Part shown: positions 36,463 through 46,100 of the stretch, in pieces
Layout: each line of letters begins with the position of its first letter
Numbering within the stretch: position 1 is the stretch's first letter
Assembly: GCA_002069945.1 (NCBI GenBank)
Contig: MWCH01000002.1
Span: forward strand, 15,164 to 79,163
DNA from: Microgenomates group bacterium ADurb.Bin219
Lineage (GTDB): Bacteria; Patescibacteriota; Microgenomatia; UM-FILTER-40-11
Direction of reading: 5' to 3'
DNA length: 64,000 nt
Program-made: the position numbers and the translations under genes
Notes under the pieces: model-generated
Told to the model about the DNA's origin: nothing
Databases searched by the model: none
What the model saw: only the letters and a program-made list of their open reading frames with translations

Positions 36463-37205
36463 ATCGTCTTCGCCATTTTAGCCGTAATACTTAGCGGATC
36501 AGCCGATTGCCACACATTTCTCCCTACTGCCATCCCGATTGCTCCCGCCTCAAGAGAATCGCCAACCATCTTCAAGAAGCTTTCTTCGGCCATTTTAGAG
36601 CCTCCCATCACCACTACTTTTGTCTTACCGGCAGCTGCCACTGCCCACTTGAAAGAAACGATATCGCCCGTATAGCGGATTTTGACGATGTCTGCCCCCA
36701 ATTCCAGCCCGACCCGAGCGGCATAAGCCACCATTTTCGGATCCGATTCGTCGGGAATATTTTTTCCCCGCGGGTACATCCAGGCAATAACCGGAATGCC
36801 CGCCTCTTCCGCTTCCTGCTCAATCCTCCCGAATTCCTGGGTCATGAGAGATTCAAATTCGCTGCCGACATAAATCGTGTAGCCGACGGCGCTGGCTCCA
36901 TAGCTGACCGCTTCGGCCACCGAACAAAGCTGGGGAGAATAGGGATCAACCTCTTTGACCAAATTGGTTTTGCCGTTTAATTTGACAATCAAAGGAACCC
37001 GGTATTTTTTCTTCCAATAATATTTTTCCGCCGGGCCTTTTTGCAAAATCACGCCGGTAAAATATCCGGAATCAGCAATTTCCAAAACTTTTTCCGGATC
37101 AACATTTGCCTCGTTAAAATCGGTCGGCCCATGCTCAAAACCCTGGTCGTAGGCCAGAAAGAGAGCCCGTCCGTTTCTTGTTATTTTATCTAAAATATCG
37201 GGCAT
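36453..37205 (-). CDS. Class I fructose-bisphosphate aldolase, archaeal DhnA type
   Basis: LAYDQGFEHGPTDF motif and 250-aa length characteristic of the DhnA/FbaB family. Confidence 0.75.
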   Translation of the reverse strand: MPDILDKITRNGRALFLAYDQGFEHGPTDFNEANVDPEKVLEIADSGYFTGVILQKGPAEKYYWKKKYRVPLIVKLNGKTNLVKEVDPYSPQLCSVAEAVSYGASAVGYTIYVGSEFESLMTQEFGRIEQEAEEAGIPVIAWMYPRGKNIPDESDPKMVAYAARVGLELGADIVKIRYTGDIVSFKWAVAAAGKTKVVVMGGSKMAEESFLKMVGDSLEAGAIGMAVGRNVWQSADPLSITAKMAKTIWG

Positions 37206-37230
37206 TTTTAAAAAAATAGATTGGAAACAA

Positions 37231-38196
37231 TTATTTATCGCCCACCAAATTAGGCGGTTGGCGGTTGTTAAGCGCTTCTATTATATTCAGGGCGGCCAGG
37301 CGCGCCATATCATCCCTTACTTCCTTAACCGACGAAGCAATATGAGGAGTTAAAATCACGTTGGGCAAGCCGCATAATTCCGGATTAACCTCCGGTTCGT
37401 ATTCATGAGTGTCAATTGCCGCCCCCGCCAATTTGCCCTTTTTTAAAGACTCAACCAAAGCCGCTTCGTCAACAATTCCGCCTCGGCTGGTATTGATCAA
37501 GAAAGCGCCGTCTTTCATCAATTGTATTTCCCGATCGCCAATCAAATGCCGACTTTCTTTGGTCAGGGGAACATGAACGGAAACAATATCCGCTTCCCTT
37601 AATAAATTTTCCAAACTCAGATATTCCAGACGATATTTTTTTTCCATTTCGCCATCGCGATTTCTTTTGTAATAAACAACCCTCAGTCCAAAAGCGCTGG
37701 CCATTTTTGCAACCAAACAACCTATTCCGCCCAGGCCAATAATTCCCAAAGTTTTGCCGGTTAAATTCTGGCCTAAAAAGATTTCCGGCTTCCAGCCGCC
37801 AAAATTGCCTTTGCGGGCAAACTCATCCCCCTCCACAATCCTTTTTAATAAGGAAAAAATCAACCCGACGGTAAATTCCGCCACTGCCTGACCAGAAAGA
37901 AGACTGGGGGTATTGGAGACCAGAATATTTCTTTGCCGGGCAGCGGCCAAATCGATATTCTCAAAACCGACCCCGTAATTGGCAATTATCTTTAATTGCT
38001 TCCCGGCCGCGTCCATTATCTCGGCGTCAATTTTATCCAGCAATAAACAAAGAATCGCGTCCGCCCCTTTGACAAATTCCTTCATCTGTTCCCGACTCAA
38101 AAGTTTTTCCGATTCGTTGCCGACAACTTCAAAACCGGCGTCCTCCAGCATATCAATACCGAGCCTGGGAATTTTTCTGGTAACAACCACTTTCAT
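37231..38196 (-). CDS. D-isomer-specific 2-hydroxyacid dehydrogenase (glycerate/phosphoglycerate dehydrogenase-like)
   Basis: NAD-binding GIIGLGGIG and catalytic region ...TPHIASS... Confidence 0.8.
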   Translation of the reverse strand: MKVVVTRKIPRLGIDMLEDAGFEVVGNESEKLLSREQMKEFVKGADAILCLLLDKIDAEIMDAAGKQLKIIANYGVGFENIDLAAARQRNILVSNTPSLLSGQAVAEFTVGLIFSLLKRIVEGDEFARKGNFGGWKPEIFLGQNLTGKTLGIIGLGGIGCLVAKMASAFGLRVVYYKRNRDGEMEKKYRLEYLSLENLLREADIVSVHVPLTKESRHLIGDREIQLMKDGAFLINTSRGGIVDEAALVESLKKGKLAGAAIDTHEYEPEVNPELCGLPNVILTPHIASSVKEVRDDMARLAALNIIEALNNRQPPNLVGDK

Positions 38197-38223
38197 AAAA
38201 TAATTCCAATTTCTATTGGTTAA

Positions 38224-39144
38224 TTAAGTTAATTCTTTAATTGCCCTAGCTATATTATTCCCGTTAAGGCCGTATTTTTCAAGCAACTCTTCTCTGGTCC
38301 TAGCCGATTCGCCAAAAACATCCGGAATTCCCAAAATTTTTATCGGCAGAGGATATTTCCCGGCCAATAACTCGCTGGCGGCACTACCCAGTCCGCCATA
38401 AATTGAATGTTCTTCCACTACTAAAACTTTTCCGGTTTTGGCGGCCGATTTTAAAATCGTTTCTTTATCCAACGGCTTTACCGAATAAACATCAATTACT
38501 TCTACGTCAAAATTCTCCGCGGCGCTGATAACTTCCTGTAAAATTGGGCCGTGGCTTAAAACGGTCAGGTCTTTCCCCTCCTGCAAAATTCTCGCTCCTC
38601 CAATTTTTAATTTTTCATTTTTATTTTTTATTTCCGAAGGTACTTCCGACTTTGAAATTCTGATATACACCGGGCCATTATGTTGCGCTGCTAAATCTAC
38701 TAACGAAGCCACTTCCTGGCCGTCAAATGGACAGAGAACAACCATCTCCGGCAAACTCCTCATTAAAGCAATATCTTCAACCGATTGTGCACTTGCGCCA
38801 TCACCGGAATTGGAAAAACCCAAGTGACCACCGACCAATTTAACATTGGCTTTATTCTGGCAAACGGAAACCCGGATTTGATCAAAGCACCTTCCTGGCA
38901 GAAAAACCGCAAAAGAAGCCGCAAAAGGAAGAAAACCTGCCAAAGAAAGACCGGCCGCCACGCCGATTAAGTTTTGTTCCGCTACCCCAACATTAAAGAA
39001 TCGCTCCGGAAATTTTTCTTTAAAGTCGGTCAATTTTAAAGACGTTTCCAGATCGGCAGTCAAAACCAAAATTTGAGAATTAGTCTTGGCCAATTCCAAT
39101 AAGGCATCCCCAAAATAATCGCGTTGTTGTTTTAATTGCGTCAT
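38224..39144 (-). CDS. Transketolase, C-terminal (pyrimidine-binding) subunit
   Basis: FNVGVAEQNLIGVAAGLSLAG motif; split-transketolase arrangement with the next gene. Confidence 0.85.
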   Translation of the reverse strand: MTQLKQQRDYFGDALLELAKTNSQILVLTADLETSLKLTDFKEKFPERFFNVGVAEQNLIGVAAGLSLAGFLPFAASFAVFLPGRCFDQIRVSVCQNKANVKLVGGHLGFSNSGDGASAQSVEDIALMRSLPEMVVLCPFDGQEVASLVDLAAQHNGPVYIRISKSEVPSEIKNKNEKLKIGGARILQEGKDLTVLSHGPILQEVISAAENFDVEVIDVYSVKPLDKETILKSAAKTGKVLVVEEHSIYGGLGSAASELLAGKYPLPIKILGIPDVFGESARTREELLEKYGLNGNNIARAIKELT

Positions 39145-39218
39145 TTTTTGTAGTATCTTAATATCTCGTCATATCATTAACTCAAAAAAACGAAATAATC
39201 AGCTATCAAGATAACAAG

Positions 39219-40007
39219 TTATTTTATTTCCTCCTTCGCTTTCTTGTATTCTTCTTCCGTCAGTGTACACGCGTGATAACGCAACTGGTTCTCCATAAAA
39301 GAAACCCCTTTGCCTCTAATCGTCCGGCCAATTATAACCACCGGCATGCCTTTCGCTGGGTCTGAGTTTCTGACTTCTTCGTAAGCACTCAAAATCTGTT
39401 TAAAATCATGGCCGTCAACTTCCATAACCCGCCAACCGAAGGCTTCATATTTTTCTTTAAGTGGTTCAAGAAGAGTAATTTTTTCTGTCTGGCCACCAAT
39501 CTGCAGGCCGTTTCGGTCAATAATTAGGCACAAGTTATTCAATTTATGTTTTGCGGCGAACATGGCTGCCTCCCAAACCTGGCCTTCTTCCTGCTCTCCG
39601 TCCGAAGATAAAATCCAAATAATTCCCGCTTCTTTTTTTATTTTCTTTCCTAAAGCTACTCCTGCTCCAACACTTATTCCCTGACCCAAAGACCCGGTTG
39701 AAGTCTCCACAAAATCAGCCATTTTTTGGTAAGGATGGCCTTGAAATTCGCTCCCTAATTTTCTCAATTTATCCCGCTTCTCGCTTCCGGCTTCCAACTT
39801 CTGATTTAAAACCGAGTACCAGGCCGGGCAAACATGGCCGGCAGACAGAATAAACTTATCCTCTTTTGCCAATGCGCCCCCAAAATAAAGACCAACCAGA
39901 AGATCAACCGAAGAAAGACTTCCGCCCGGATGACCGCTTCCGGCGCGGTAAATCATTTCCACAATTTCCCGTCTCGCCTGACCAGCAATTCTTTCCAAAT
40001 TATCCAT
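39219..40007 (-). CDS. Transketolase, N-terminal (TPP-binding) subunit
   Basis: GSGHPGGSLSSVDLL and GDGEQEEG TPP-binding motifs. Confidence 0.85.
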   Translation of the reverse strand: MDNLERIAGQARREIVEMIYRAGSGHPGGSLSSVDLLVGLYFGGALAKEDKFILSAGHVCPAWYSVLNQKLEAGSEKRDKLRKLGSEFQGHPYQKMADFVETSTGSLGQGISVGAGVALGKKIKKEAGIIWILSSDGEQEEGQVWEAAMFAAKHKLNNLCLIIDRNGLQIGGQTEKITLLEPLKEKYEAFGWRVMEVDGHDFKQILSAYEEVRNSDPAKGMPVVIIGRTIRGKGVSFMENQLRYHACTLTEEEYKKAKEEIK

Positions 40008-40080
40008 TGCTATAATCGTAACCTTTTTGCAGAAAAAAATGAAGCTTTTCTCTTAAGATTTCTTCTCTTAAGCGTTTTTT

Positions 40081-40626
40081 CTATTTGTTCAACTTCTCAA
40101 CTTCTTCCAGCACTTCTTCCGGTGTGGTCACAATCCGGTAAACCTGAAGCTCAATTTCCCGCATCAACATATTGCGGCCAAAAGATTCCATGATCTCATG
40201 CCACCAATCTCCGTAAAGAATCAACGGTCTGTGGTGACCGAAATAAAGCCGGGCCAAACCCCAAGCCATTCCGAATTCGGAAATCGTCCCGGTCCCGCCG
40301 TTAAATACAACATAGATATCGCCTTGATTTAAAAGCTCCAGAGTTCTTTCCAGATAATTTTCCTTCATAATTTCTTCGTCCGCGTGGTTCAGCTGGTCCC
40401 GACCCTCAAAATGGGTCATGTCTTTGGGAACAAAAGAAACAACCGTCGCTTTACCGCCGCCGGCATGAGCGCCTTCGGTTGCTGCCCGCATTACCCCCGG
40501 ACCTCCGCCGTTGACAATATGGTAGCCTTTAGAAGCCAAGAGTTTGGCCGTCTTGTAAGCGGCATCATATTCCGGATCGCCCGGCTTTGATTCCGAATAG
40601 CCGAAAAAAGTCACGGTCTTAATCAT
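40081..40626 (-). CDS. LOG family protein (nucleotide 5'-monophosphate phosphoribohydrolase, TIGR00730-like)
   Basis: GGGPGVMRA...GGTGTISEF Rossmann-fold LOG signatures, 181 aa. Confidence 0.8.
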   Translation of the reverse strand: MIKTVTFFGYSESKPGDPEYDAAYKTAKLLASKGYHIVNGGGPGVMRAATEGAHAGGGKATVVSFVPKDMTHFEGRDQLNHADEEIMKENYLERTLELLNQGDIYVVFNGGTGTISEFGMAWGLARLYFGHHRPLILYGDWWHEIMESFGRNMLMREIELQVYRIVTTPEEVLEEVEKLNK

Positions 40627-40629
40627 TGT

Positions 40630-41289
40630 TTATTTAATTAACGCTGTTAATTCCTCGTATCTTGCCTTTAAATCCCCGGCTTCCCAGAAAGTTTTTCCAA
40701 CATAAAAAACATTGGCGCCGGCTTCTTTACACTTTAAAATATTTCCTTCGTTTAGTCCACCGTCAATTCCTATCTGAACCAAGCTTCCGCCTATCGCCCT
40801 GATCCCTCTAATCTTATCCAAAACCGTGGGGTTAAATTCCTGACCGGAATAGCCGGCCTTAACTGCCATCAATAAAACCTGGTCTGCCAGCGGGTATAAA
40901 TCGGCCGGAATTTTTTCAATATTGGTTTCCAGGTCAATCGCCAAACCAACCTCCATTCCCGAAGCGGCAACTTCTTCCAAAAAAAATTTCAGGTCGCTCA
41001 TCATTTCTATCTGGCCGGTTATCCGGTCCGCCAAAACGTCCCGGCTGCGATTAATCCAATCAAGTGGATCTTTAACCATCAAGTGAAGTTCAGTTTTTAG
41101 CTGATGATCAAAATCCTTCAAGGCCGACAAATCAAAAGTTTTATTGCCAACAAAAATCCCGTCAATGACATCAATTTGTACTTTGGGAACAATACCGTCC
41201 AATAAAAGTAATTTTTCCCGAAGTTCGTTTGGGTCCTTGGTTAGAATAGTCGGAATTATTTCGTTCATTAATTTAACTTCTCGCCTCAC
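40630..41289 (-). CDS. rpe: Ribulose-phosphate 3-epimerase
   Basis: IPTIL...IDVIDGIFVGN...HLMV pattern matching RPE (hxDvMDGxFVPN, HLMV). Confidence 0.7.
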   Translation of the reverse strand: MRREVKLMNEIIPTILTKDPNELREKLLLLDGIVPKVQIDVIDGIFVGNKTFDLSALKDFDHQLKTELHLMVKDPLDWINRSRDVLADRITGQIEMMSDLKFFLEEVAASGMEVGLAIDLETNIEKIPADLYPLADQVLLMAVKAGYSGQEFNPTVLDKIRGIRAIGGSLVQIGIDGGLNEGNILKCKEAGANVFYVGKTFWEAGDLKARYEELTALIK

Positions 41290-41294
41290 CCTTC

Positions 41295-42320
41295 CTACTT
41301 ACCTATCACGATCGCTTCTTCCACTAATCGATGGGCATAGGCCATTTCGTTATCATACCAAACCCCAATTTGAATAAAATCTTCTTCCACCACATTCGTC
41401 ATCGCCATATCCACAATCGCCGAAGCCGAATTGCCGACAATATCGGAGGAAACAATCGGATCGTAAGCCAGAGAAAGTATCTCTTTGAGTTTTTCCTCGG
41501 CCGCCTTTTGAAAAGCCCGGTTAACCGCATCAACCGTAACTTTTTTCTCCAATTTAAAAGTCAGGTCGGAAAACGAGCCACAGCCAACCGGAACGCGAAT
41601 CGCCGTACCGGCGAACTTGCCTTTCAAATCCGGAAAAATCGCGACCACCGACTCGGCCGCGCCGGTTTCCGTCGGAATAATATTAAGAGCGGCACTCCGT
41701 CCTCTTCTTAAATCTTTATGTGAGCCGTCCACTAATTCCTGGTCGGCCGTATAGGCATGAATAGTCGTTAGAACCGCCTGGCCGATACCGAATTCGTCTT
41801 TAATAACCTTCACCACCGGCGCAACGCAATTGGTCGTGCAGGAACCGTTGCTGATAATTTTTTCTCCCCGGTAACGGTGGAGGTTAACCCCCACCAAATA
41901 AATCGGAATTTCCTTGCTTTTGGGCGGCGCGGAAATAATTACTTTTTCCGCTCCGACCAAAAGATGTTTTTCCGCTTCCGGCCAAGAACGGAAAACCCCG
42001 GTCGCCTCAAGAACAACTTGGGGCTGGTAGGTATACCAAGGAATTTTTAATAAATCTTTTTCCGCCAAAATCGGATAACGCCGGCCTTCAATTTCCAGAG
42101 CCCCGATTTCCTTTGAGCCGGCCGGCTCAACGACCTTAATTTCCCGAGGAAAACGGCCGTAAATCGTATCGTATTTAAGCAGATATGCCCAACCGGCGGC
42201 ATCCATGGAACCGGAAGTATTAATGGCAACGACTTCCGCTTCCTTCAGGTGATTTAAAACCGCCACCCGAAAGGCCAACCGGCCAATCCGGCCAAAACCG
42301 TTAATTGAAATTCTAACCAT
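41295..42320 (-). CDS. gap: Glyceraldehyde-3-phosphate dehydrogenase
   Basis: N-terminal INGFGRIGR and active-site SCTTNC. Confidence 0.9.
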   Translation of the reverse strand: MVRISINGFGRIGRLAFRVAVLNHLKEAEVVAINTSGSMDAAGWAYLLKYDTIYGRFPREIKVVEPAGSKEIGALEIEGRRYPILAEKDLLKIPWYTYQPQVVLEATGVFRSWPEAEKHLLVGAEKVIISAPPKSKEIPIYLVGVNLHRYRGEKIISNGSCTTNCVAPVVKVIKDEFGIGQAVLTTIHAYTADQELVDGSHKDLRRGRSAALNIIPTETGAAESVVAIFPDLKGKFAGTAIRVPVGCGSFSDLTFKLEKKVTVDAVNRAFQKAAEEKLKEILSLAYDPIVSSDIVGNSASAIVDMAMTNVVEEDFIQIGVWYDNEMAYAHRLVEEAIVIGK

Positions 42321-43386
42321 AATTAGTAAGAGCTTTTATCCCGGGAAGAGTTCCTTGAGCAAGAAACTCTAGCATAGCGCCTCCTCCTAAGGATACAAAG
42401 TCCATTTTAGACAAAATTCCAAACTTATTCAAAGCGTTAATGGTATCGCCACCACCAACAACCTTAAAAGCTTTGCTCTCTGCAATTGCCTCCGCAATTT
42501 TCCTTGTTCCCGCTTCCCACTTCTCATCCTCACATCTTCCCAAAGGTCCATTCCAAACAATCGTCCCGGCGGTTTTAATAATTTCTTCAAATTCTTCAAT
42601 TGTTTCTTCGTTGATATCAAGCCTGTCGTCAGTCAAATCTCCCCAACTGACATTTTTATTCTCCTGCTCTTTTACTCTTTTACCCTGTGACAAAGTTCCG
42701 CCCACTAAAACAGAATCTGCTTTTGAGGCAAACTCTGCCACCATCGGTATCTTTGTCTCCGGTTTTGCGCCACCGATAATAAAGACCAGAGGTCTTTGAG
42801 GATTTTCCAAGATTTGAGAGAGATTTTCTACTTCCTCAAGAAAATGAAAACCGGCACAATGAGGTAAAAATTTGGGCAACCCAACAAGGGAAGCATGTTC
42901 CCGGTGAGAGGCAGCAAAAGCTTCATTAACATAAAAATCGCCCAAAAAAGAAAGGCTTTTGGCAAATTCTAAATCATTAGCCTCTTCGCCGGGATAAAAC
43001 CTTAAATTTTCCAACAACCAAAGGTTTTCCTCTAAAATGTAGACGGGAAAGTTTTGAATTTTTAATTGAACTTTTAGCTTCTCGCCTGCTCCATTCTGGG
43101 AATCCCTTCTGGATGTAGCTTTTAGCTTCAAAAGATCTTTGATTTTTTGCGCCACCGGAGCCATTTTTAACTCTTCTACCACCTCACCTTCTGGTCGCCC
43201 CAAGTGTCCCATTAAAATCACCTTCGCCCCCTTTTCAAGAAGGTATTCTACTGTCGGCAAGCAAGCTTTTATCCTCGTCTCGTCCTCCACTCTTATCTCT
43301 CGCTCTACCAAGGGCACGTCAATATCACAACGGACTAAGACATTTTTATTTTGGAAATCAAAATCTGTCAGTTTGGAAAGCTTCAT
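42313..43386 (-). CDS. pgk: Phosphoglycerate kinase
   Basis: N-terminal VLVRCDIDVP and overall PGK architecture (somewhat short at 357 aa). Confidence 0.8.
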   Translation of the reverse strand: MKLSKLTDFDFQNKNVLVRCDIDVPLVEREIRVEDETRIKACLPTVEYLLEKGAKVILMGHLGRPEGEVVEELKMAPVAQKIKDLLKLKATSRRDSQNGAGEKLKVQLKIQNFPVYILEENLWLLENLRFYPGEEANDLEFAKSLSFLGDFYVNEAFAASHREHASLVGLPKFLPHCAGFHFLEEVENLSQILENPQRPLVFIIGGAKPETKIPMVAEFASKADSVLVGGTLSQGKRVKEQENKNVSWGDLTDDRLDINEETIEEFEEIIKTAGTIVWNGPLGRCEDEKWEAGTRKIAEAIAESKAFKVVGGGDTINALNKFGILSKMDFVSLGGGAMLEFLAQGTLPGIKALTNYG

Positions 43387-43400
43387 TTAAATTCGTCCAA

Positions 43401-43856
43401 TTAGTCTAATTGGTCCAATTTCTCAATTCTTCTCTCCTTTTTCTCTTCTGAGGAAAATTCCGTTCCCAAAAAAGTTTTAATAATGTTTTTTGCCGTTTCT
43501 TCATCAAGAAAATCCGCCGCTAGAGCAAGGCAATTAATATCATCGTCTTCTCTGGCTTTTTTAATCTGCTCTGCCGAAAATCCTAAGCCACATCTTATTC
43601 CCGTAAATCTATTGGCCGCGATATCTATACCCACCCCGCTTCCGCAAATAACAACACCCAATACCTTTTCTTCTACTCTTTCACTCTCCTGCCCTTTGAC
43701 GCTCTTCGCGACCAAGGCGGCGAAGTCTGGATAATCATCTTCCGGATCTAAACGATTATTGCCCATATCTTCATACTCCTGACCCCACTCGGTAAGCCAG
43801 AGTTTTACTTTTTCTTTTAAATTGTAACCGCGATGATCGGAAGCAATAAAAATCAT
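43401..43856 (-). CDS. rpiB: Ribose-5-phosphate isomerase B
   Basis: MIFIASDHRGYNLKEKV N-terminus and GSGVGI motif typical of RpiB/LacAB. Confidence 0.85.
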   Translation of the reverse strand: MIFIASDHRGYNLKEKVKLWLTEWGQEYEDMGNNRLDPEDDYPDFAALVAKSVKGQESERVEEKVLGVVICGSGVGIDIAANRFTGIRCGLGFSAEQIKKAREDDDINCLALAADFLDEETAKNIIKTFLGTEFSSEEKKERRIEKLDQLD

Positions 43857-43876
43857 TTCGCTTCTCCCTTCCCGCC

Positions 43877-44542
43877 TTAATTACTAATAATTAATTCTAA
43901 CAACTTTTCCTTTGGTTTCTCCGCTAAAACAACCGCCGATGAAATCAAAACCCCTTTCGCTCCCCGCTTTTCCGCCATTTCTAAATCTTTTTTTGAATGA
44001 ATTCCCGCGCCAACAATTAAAGGAATTTTTCCGCAGATTTCTGCCGCGTGTTTAATTGCTTTGGGCGCTTTCTCGGTAATAGAATCTTTTGTTCCGATCA
44101 ATTCCGCAATTTCATAGGCCATATAATCCGGTTGAAGCTTTACCAATCTTTCCATCTGCCCCAAAGTTTTACAACAAATCATCGCTTCAAAATTTCTATT
44201 TTTTAATTTCAAATTTCTAATTCCGGAAATGGTTTGTTTGATAGTACCGGGCGGAAGCGGGTGTTCCGAATGATTTAATAAAGTTCCGCCGGCTCCCGCT
44301 TCAATCGCCGCTTCCAAATTTTGCCAACCGGTAAATTGACCTTGTCCAAATTGATCCAAATGCTGAGTCCAAATCGGAATTTTAACCACTTGTTTTACCC
44401 GATATAAATCTACTGTTTGAACCACCGGAATAATTTCCCCTCCCGATTCCCGCGATACCTCCTCGCATATTTTGGCCAATTCCACCGCCTTTTCTCCGGT
44501 TCCCTGGGGATAAGTTTTGAAATTGATAAATATTTTAAACAT
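43877..44542 (-). CDS. tpiA: Triosephosphate isomerase (short archaeal-type)
   Basis: INFKTY N-terminal motif, ~220 aa length, GAGIHS near C-terminus. Confidence 0.75.
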   Translation of the reverse strand: MFKIFINFKTYPQGTGEKAVELAKICEEVSRESGGEIIPVVQTVDLYRVKQVVKIPIWTQHLDQFGQGQFTGWQNLEAAIEAGAGGTLLNHSEHPLPPGTIKQTISGIRNLKLKNRNFEAMICCKTLGQMERLVKLQPDYMAYEIAELIGTKDSITEKAPKAIKHAAEICGKIPLIVGAGIHSKKDLEMAEKRGAKGVLISSAVVLAEKPKEKLLELIISN

Positions 44543-44549
44543 TCTTGCT

Positions 44550-45107
44550 CTATCTTAACCCATATTCACCCAATTTAAAATATTCCGGTCCTTTTGGGGA
44601 AAGAATACTTTGATATAAAATCAATTTCTCCGCCAAAAATTCTTTATTTAAATTTACCCGGGCAATTTTTTTATTAAGGTTCCCCGGCATTTTAATTTTT
44701 TCCGGAATCCTGCCAATAGTACAGTGGGGAGAATATTCAAAATGCTCCCTTTCCAACATCAGGCCCTCCTTGAGCAAACCATCAATCAATTTTTTATATA
44801 AAGAAAAGGCTTTTTCCTTCTGGCCACCGGCGTTAAACCAAATCCCCCTTGGTCTCTTGTTGTCCGGAAAAATCGCCAGGTTTTGTAAAGATAAAGTAAA
44901 TTTAGAGAAAGAAGAAGCTAGTTCCGATAAAGTTTTTTTAACCTTTTCTAATTCTTCTTCATCCCGCTCTCCCAAAAACACCAAGGTTAGATGAAGATTT
45001 TCTCTGGCCACCAATCTTAAGGGAATCTCTTTGAAAATTTTCTGAGAAATTTCGGAAACTTCCTTTTTTAAATCCTCCGATAAATCAATTGCCGTAAAAA
45101 CTCTCAT
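44550..45107 (-). CDS. thpR: RNA 2',3'-cyclic phosphodiesterase / 2'-5' RNA ligase family (2H phosphoesterase)
   Basis: Two H-x-T-x motifs (HLTLVFLG, HCTIGRI). The track start at 45158 is a TTG; the ATG at 45107 (MRVFTAIDL) has a GAGGAAAG RBS and overlaps the upstream gene's stop as ATGA. Confidence 0.75.
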   Translation of the reverse strand: MRVFTAIDLSEDLKKEVSEISQKIFKEIPLRLVARENLHLTLVFLGERDEEELEKVKKTLSELASSFSKFTLSLQNLAIFPDNKRPRGIWFNAGGQKEKAFSLYKKLIDGLLKEGLMLEREHFEYSPHCTIGRIPEKIKMPGNLNKKIARVNLNKEFLAEKLILYQSILSPKGPEYFKLGEYGLR

Positions 45108-46069
45108 TTTGTTTCTTTCCTCAACCCCGGAACAACTTGTGGCAATTTTTCTTGGCAATCACCCAAGACCACTAAATCATTTTGATCAAGATAATCAGGA
45201 ATAGTTCTTTCTGTTAAAGTGAAGGAAACAATTGTTAGATTTGGCCTCTCTCTTTTAAGATAATTAATTATTCCCCGATCATCTTTACTTAACCCAACCG
45301 TAATTAATATCTTTGCGTCTATTGCCCTTTTTCTGACCTTATCAAAAGCGCCGCTTTCTAAATCAAGATGAATCGCCGAAACTCGACTACCCTTTGCCTC
45401 GTGCTTTAAATCGGTATTTTCCGTAAAAATTATTGTTCCCGGCTTAGCTTCAATCACACCGGCAATCGCTTCGTGTGCCGGGGTAGAAGTATCGGTAAAA
45501 AGCTGATTGGCGAATTGCCTTACTTTTGCCGCCAATATTCCGGGATTTTCCCTAAATTGCTTTACGAAACCAACGCCCCCATTATTTAATCCTAAATTCT
45601 CTTTTAATTGATCCATGTTCCAGGCTGGTTTTTCCCCAGCAGTAGAAATCCCCGCGCCGGTATAAAAAATTAGTTCATCTCCAGATATAGAATTTACTAT
45701 TTCGGCCAGTTCTTCTGCCGAAATCCTTTTAATTTGAGTTTTTTCAATCTCTGTTCTTCTAGGCGACAATCCGTTAATATAATATCCTTCTTTGGAAACT
45801 CGGGACTTTCTTTCTCTTGCCTCGGGTAAATCTGGATAGATTGACTTTTTTCTTCCTTCCTCAACCACTAATCGAATTTCATCTTCATCTATTTCAAAAT
45901 GAGCCGAAGTAATTGCTGACGTTCCGCCAAAATTAAAGGTAAAGCTTGCTCGACGCGGCAGTTTTTGAAATTCTTCGGGTGAGATTTTTTTAGAAAAAAG
46001 AGGGTTTGGATTTTCCTTCGTTAACCCGGTTATTGAAATTCCCGTACATTCCACTGGTCCAACTTCCAT
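45104..46069 (-). CDS. SIR2_2-like (zinc-less SIR2/DHS-like NAD-binding) domain protein with ~140-aa N-terminal domain of unknown function
   Basis: FYTGAGISTAGEKPAWNMDQL (GAGxS...PxW...L), FTENTDLKHE (TQNIDxLHE-like), AIHLD, ILITVGLS. No Zn-binding Cys pairs. Stop TGA overlaps thpR ATG. Confidence 0.55.
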   Translation of the reverse strand: MEVGPVECTGISITGLTKENPNPLFSKKISPEEFQKLPRRASFTFNFGGTSAITSAHFEIDEDEIRLVVEEGRKKSIYPDLPEARERKSRVSKEGYYINGLSPRRTEIEKTQIKRISAEELAEIVNSISGDELIFYTGAGISTAGEKPAWNMDQLKENLGLNNGGVGFVKQFRENPGILAAKVRQFANQLFTDTSTPAHEAIAGVIEAKPGTIIFTENTDLKHEAKGSRVSAIHLDLESGAFDKVRKRAIDAKILITVGLSKDDRGIINYLKRERPNLTIVSFTLTERTIPDYLDQNDLVVLGDCQEKLPQVVPGLRKETK

Positions 46070-46100
46070 ATTTAATTATAATATCATCTATAATATCCTT

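Noticed and set aside
45108-45158. Track start (TTG at 45158) for the 2H phosphoesterase
   Set aside because: The ATG at 45107 gives the conserved MRVFTAIDL N-terminus, has an RBS, and removes a 55-nt overlap, leaving the classic ATGA stop/start overlap.
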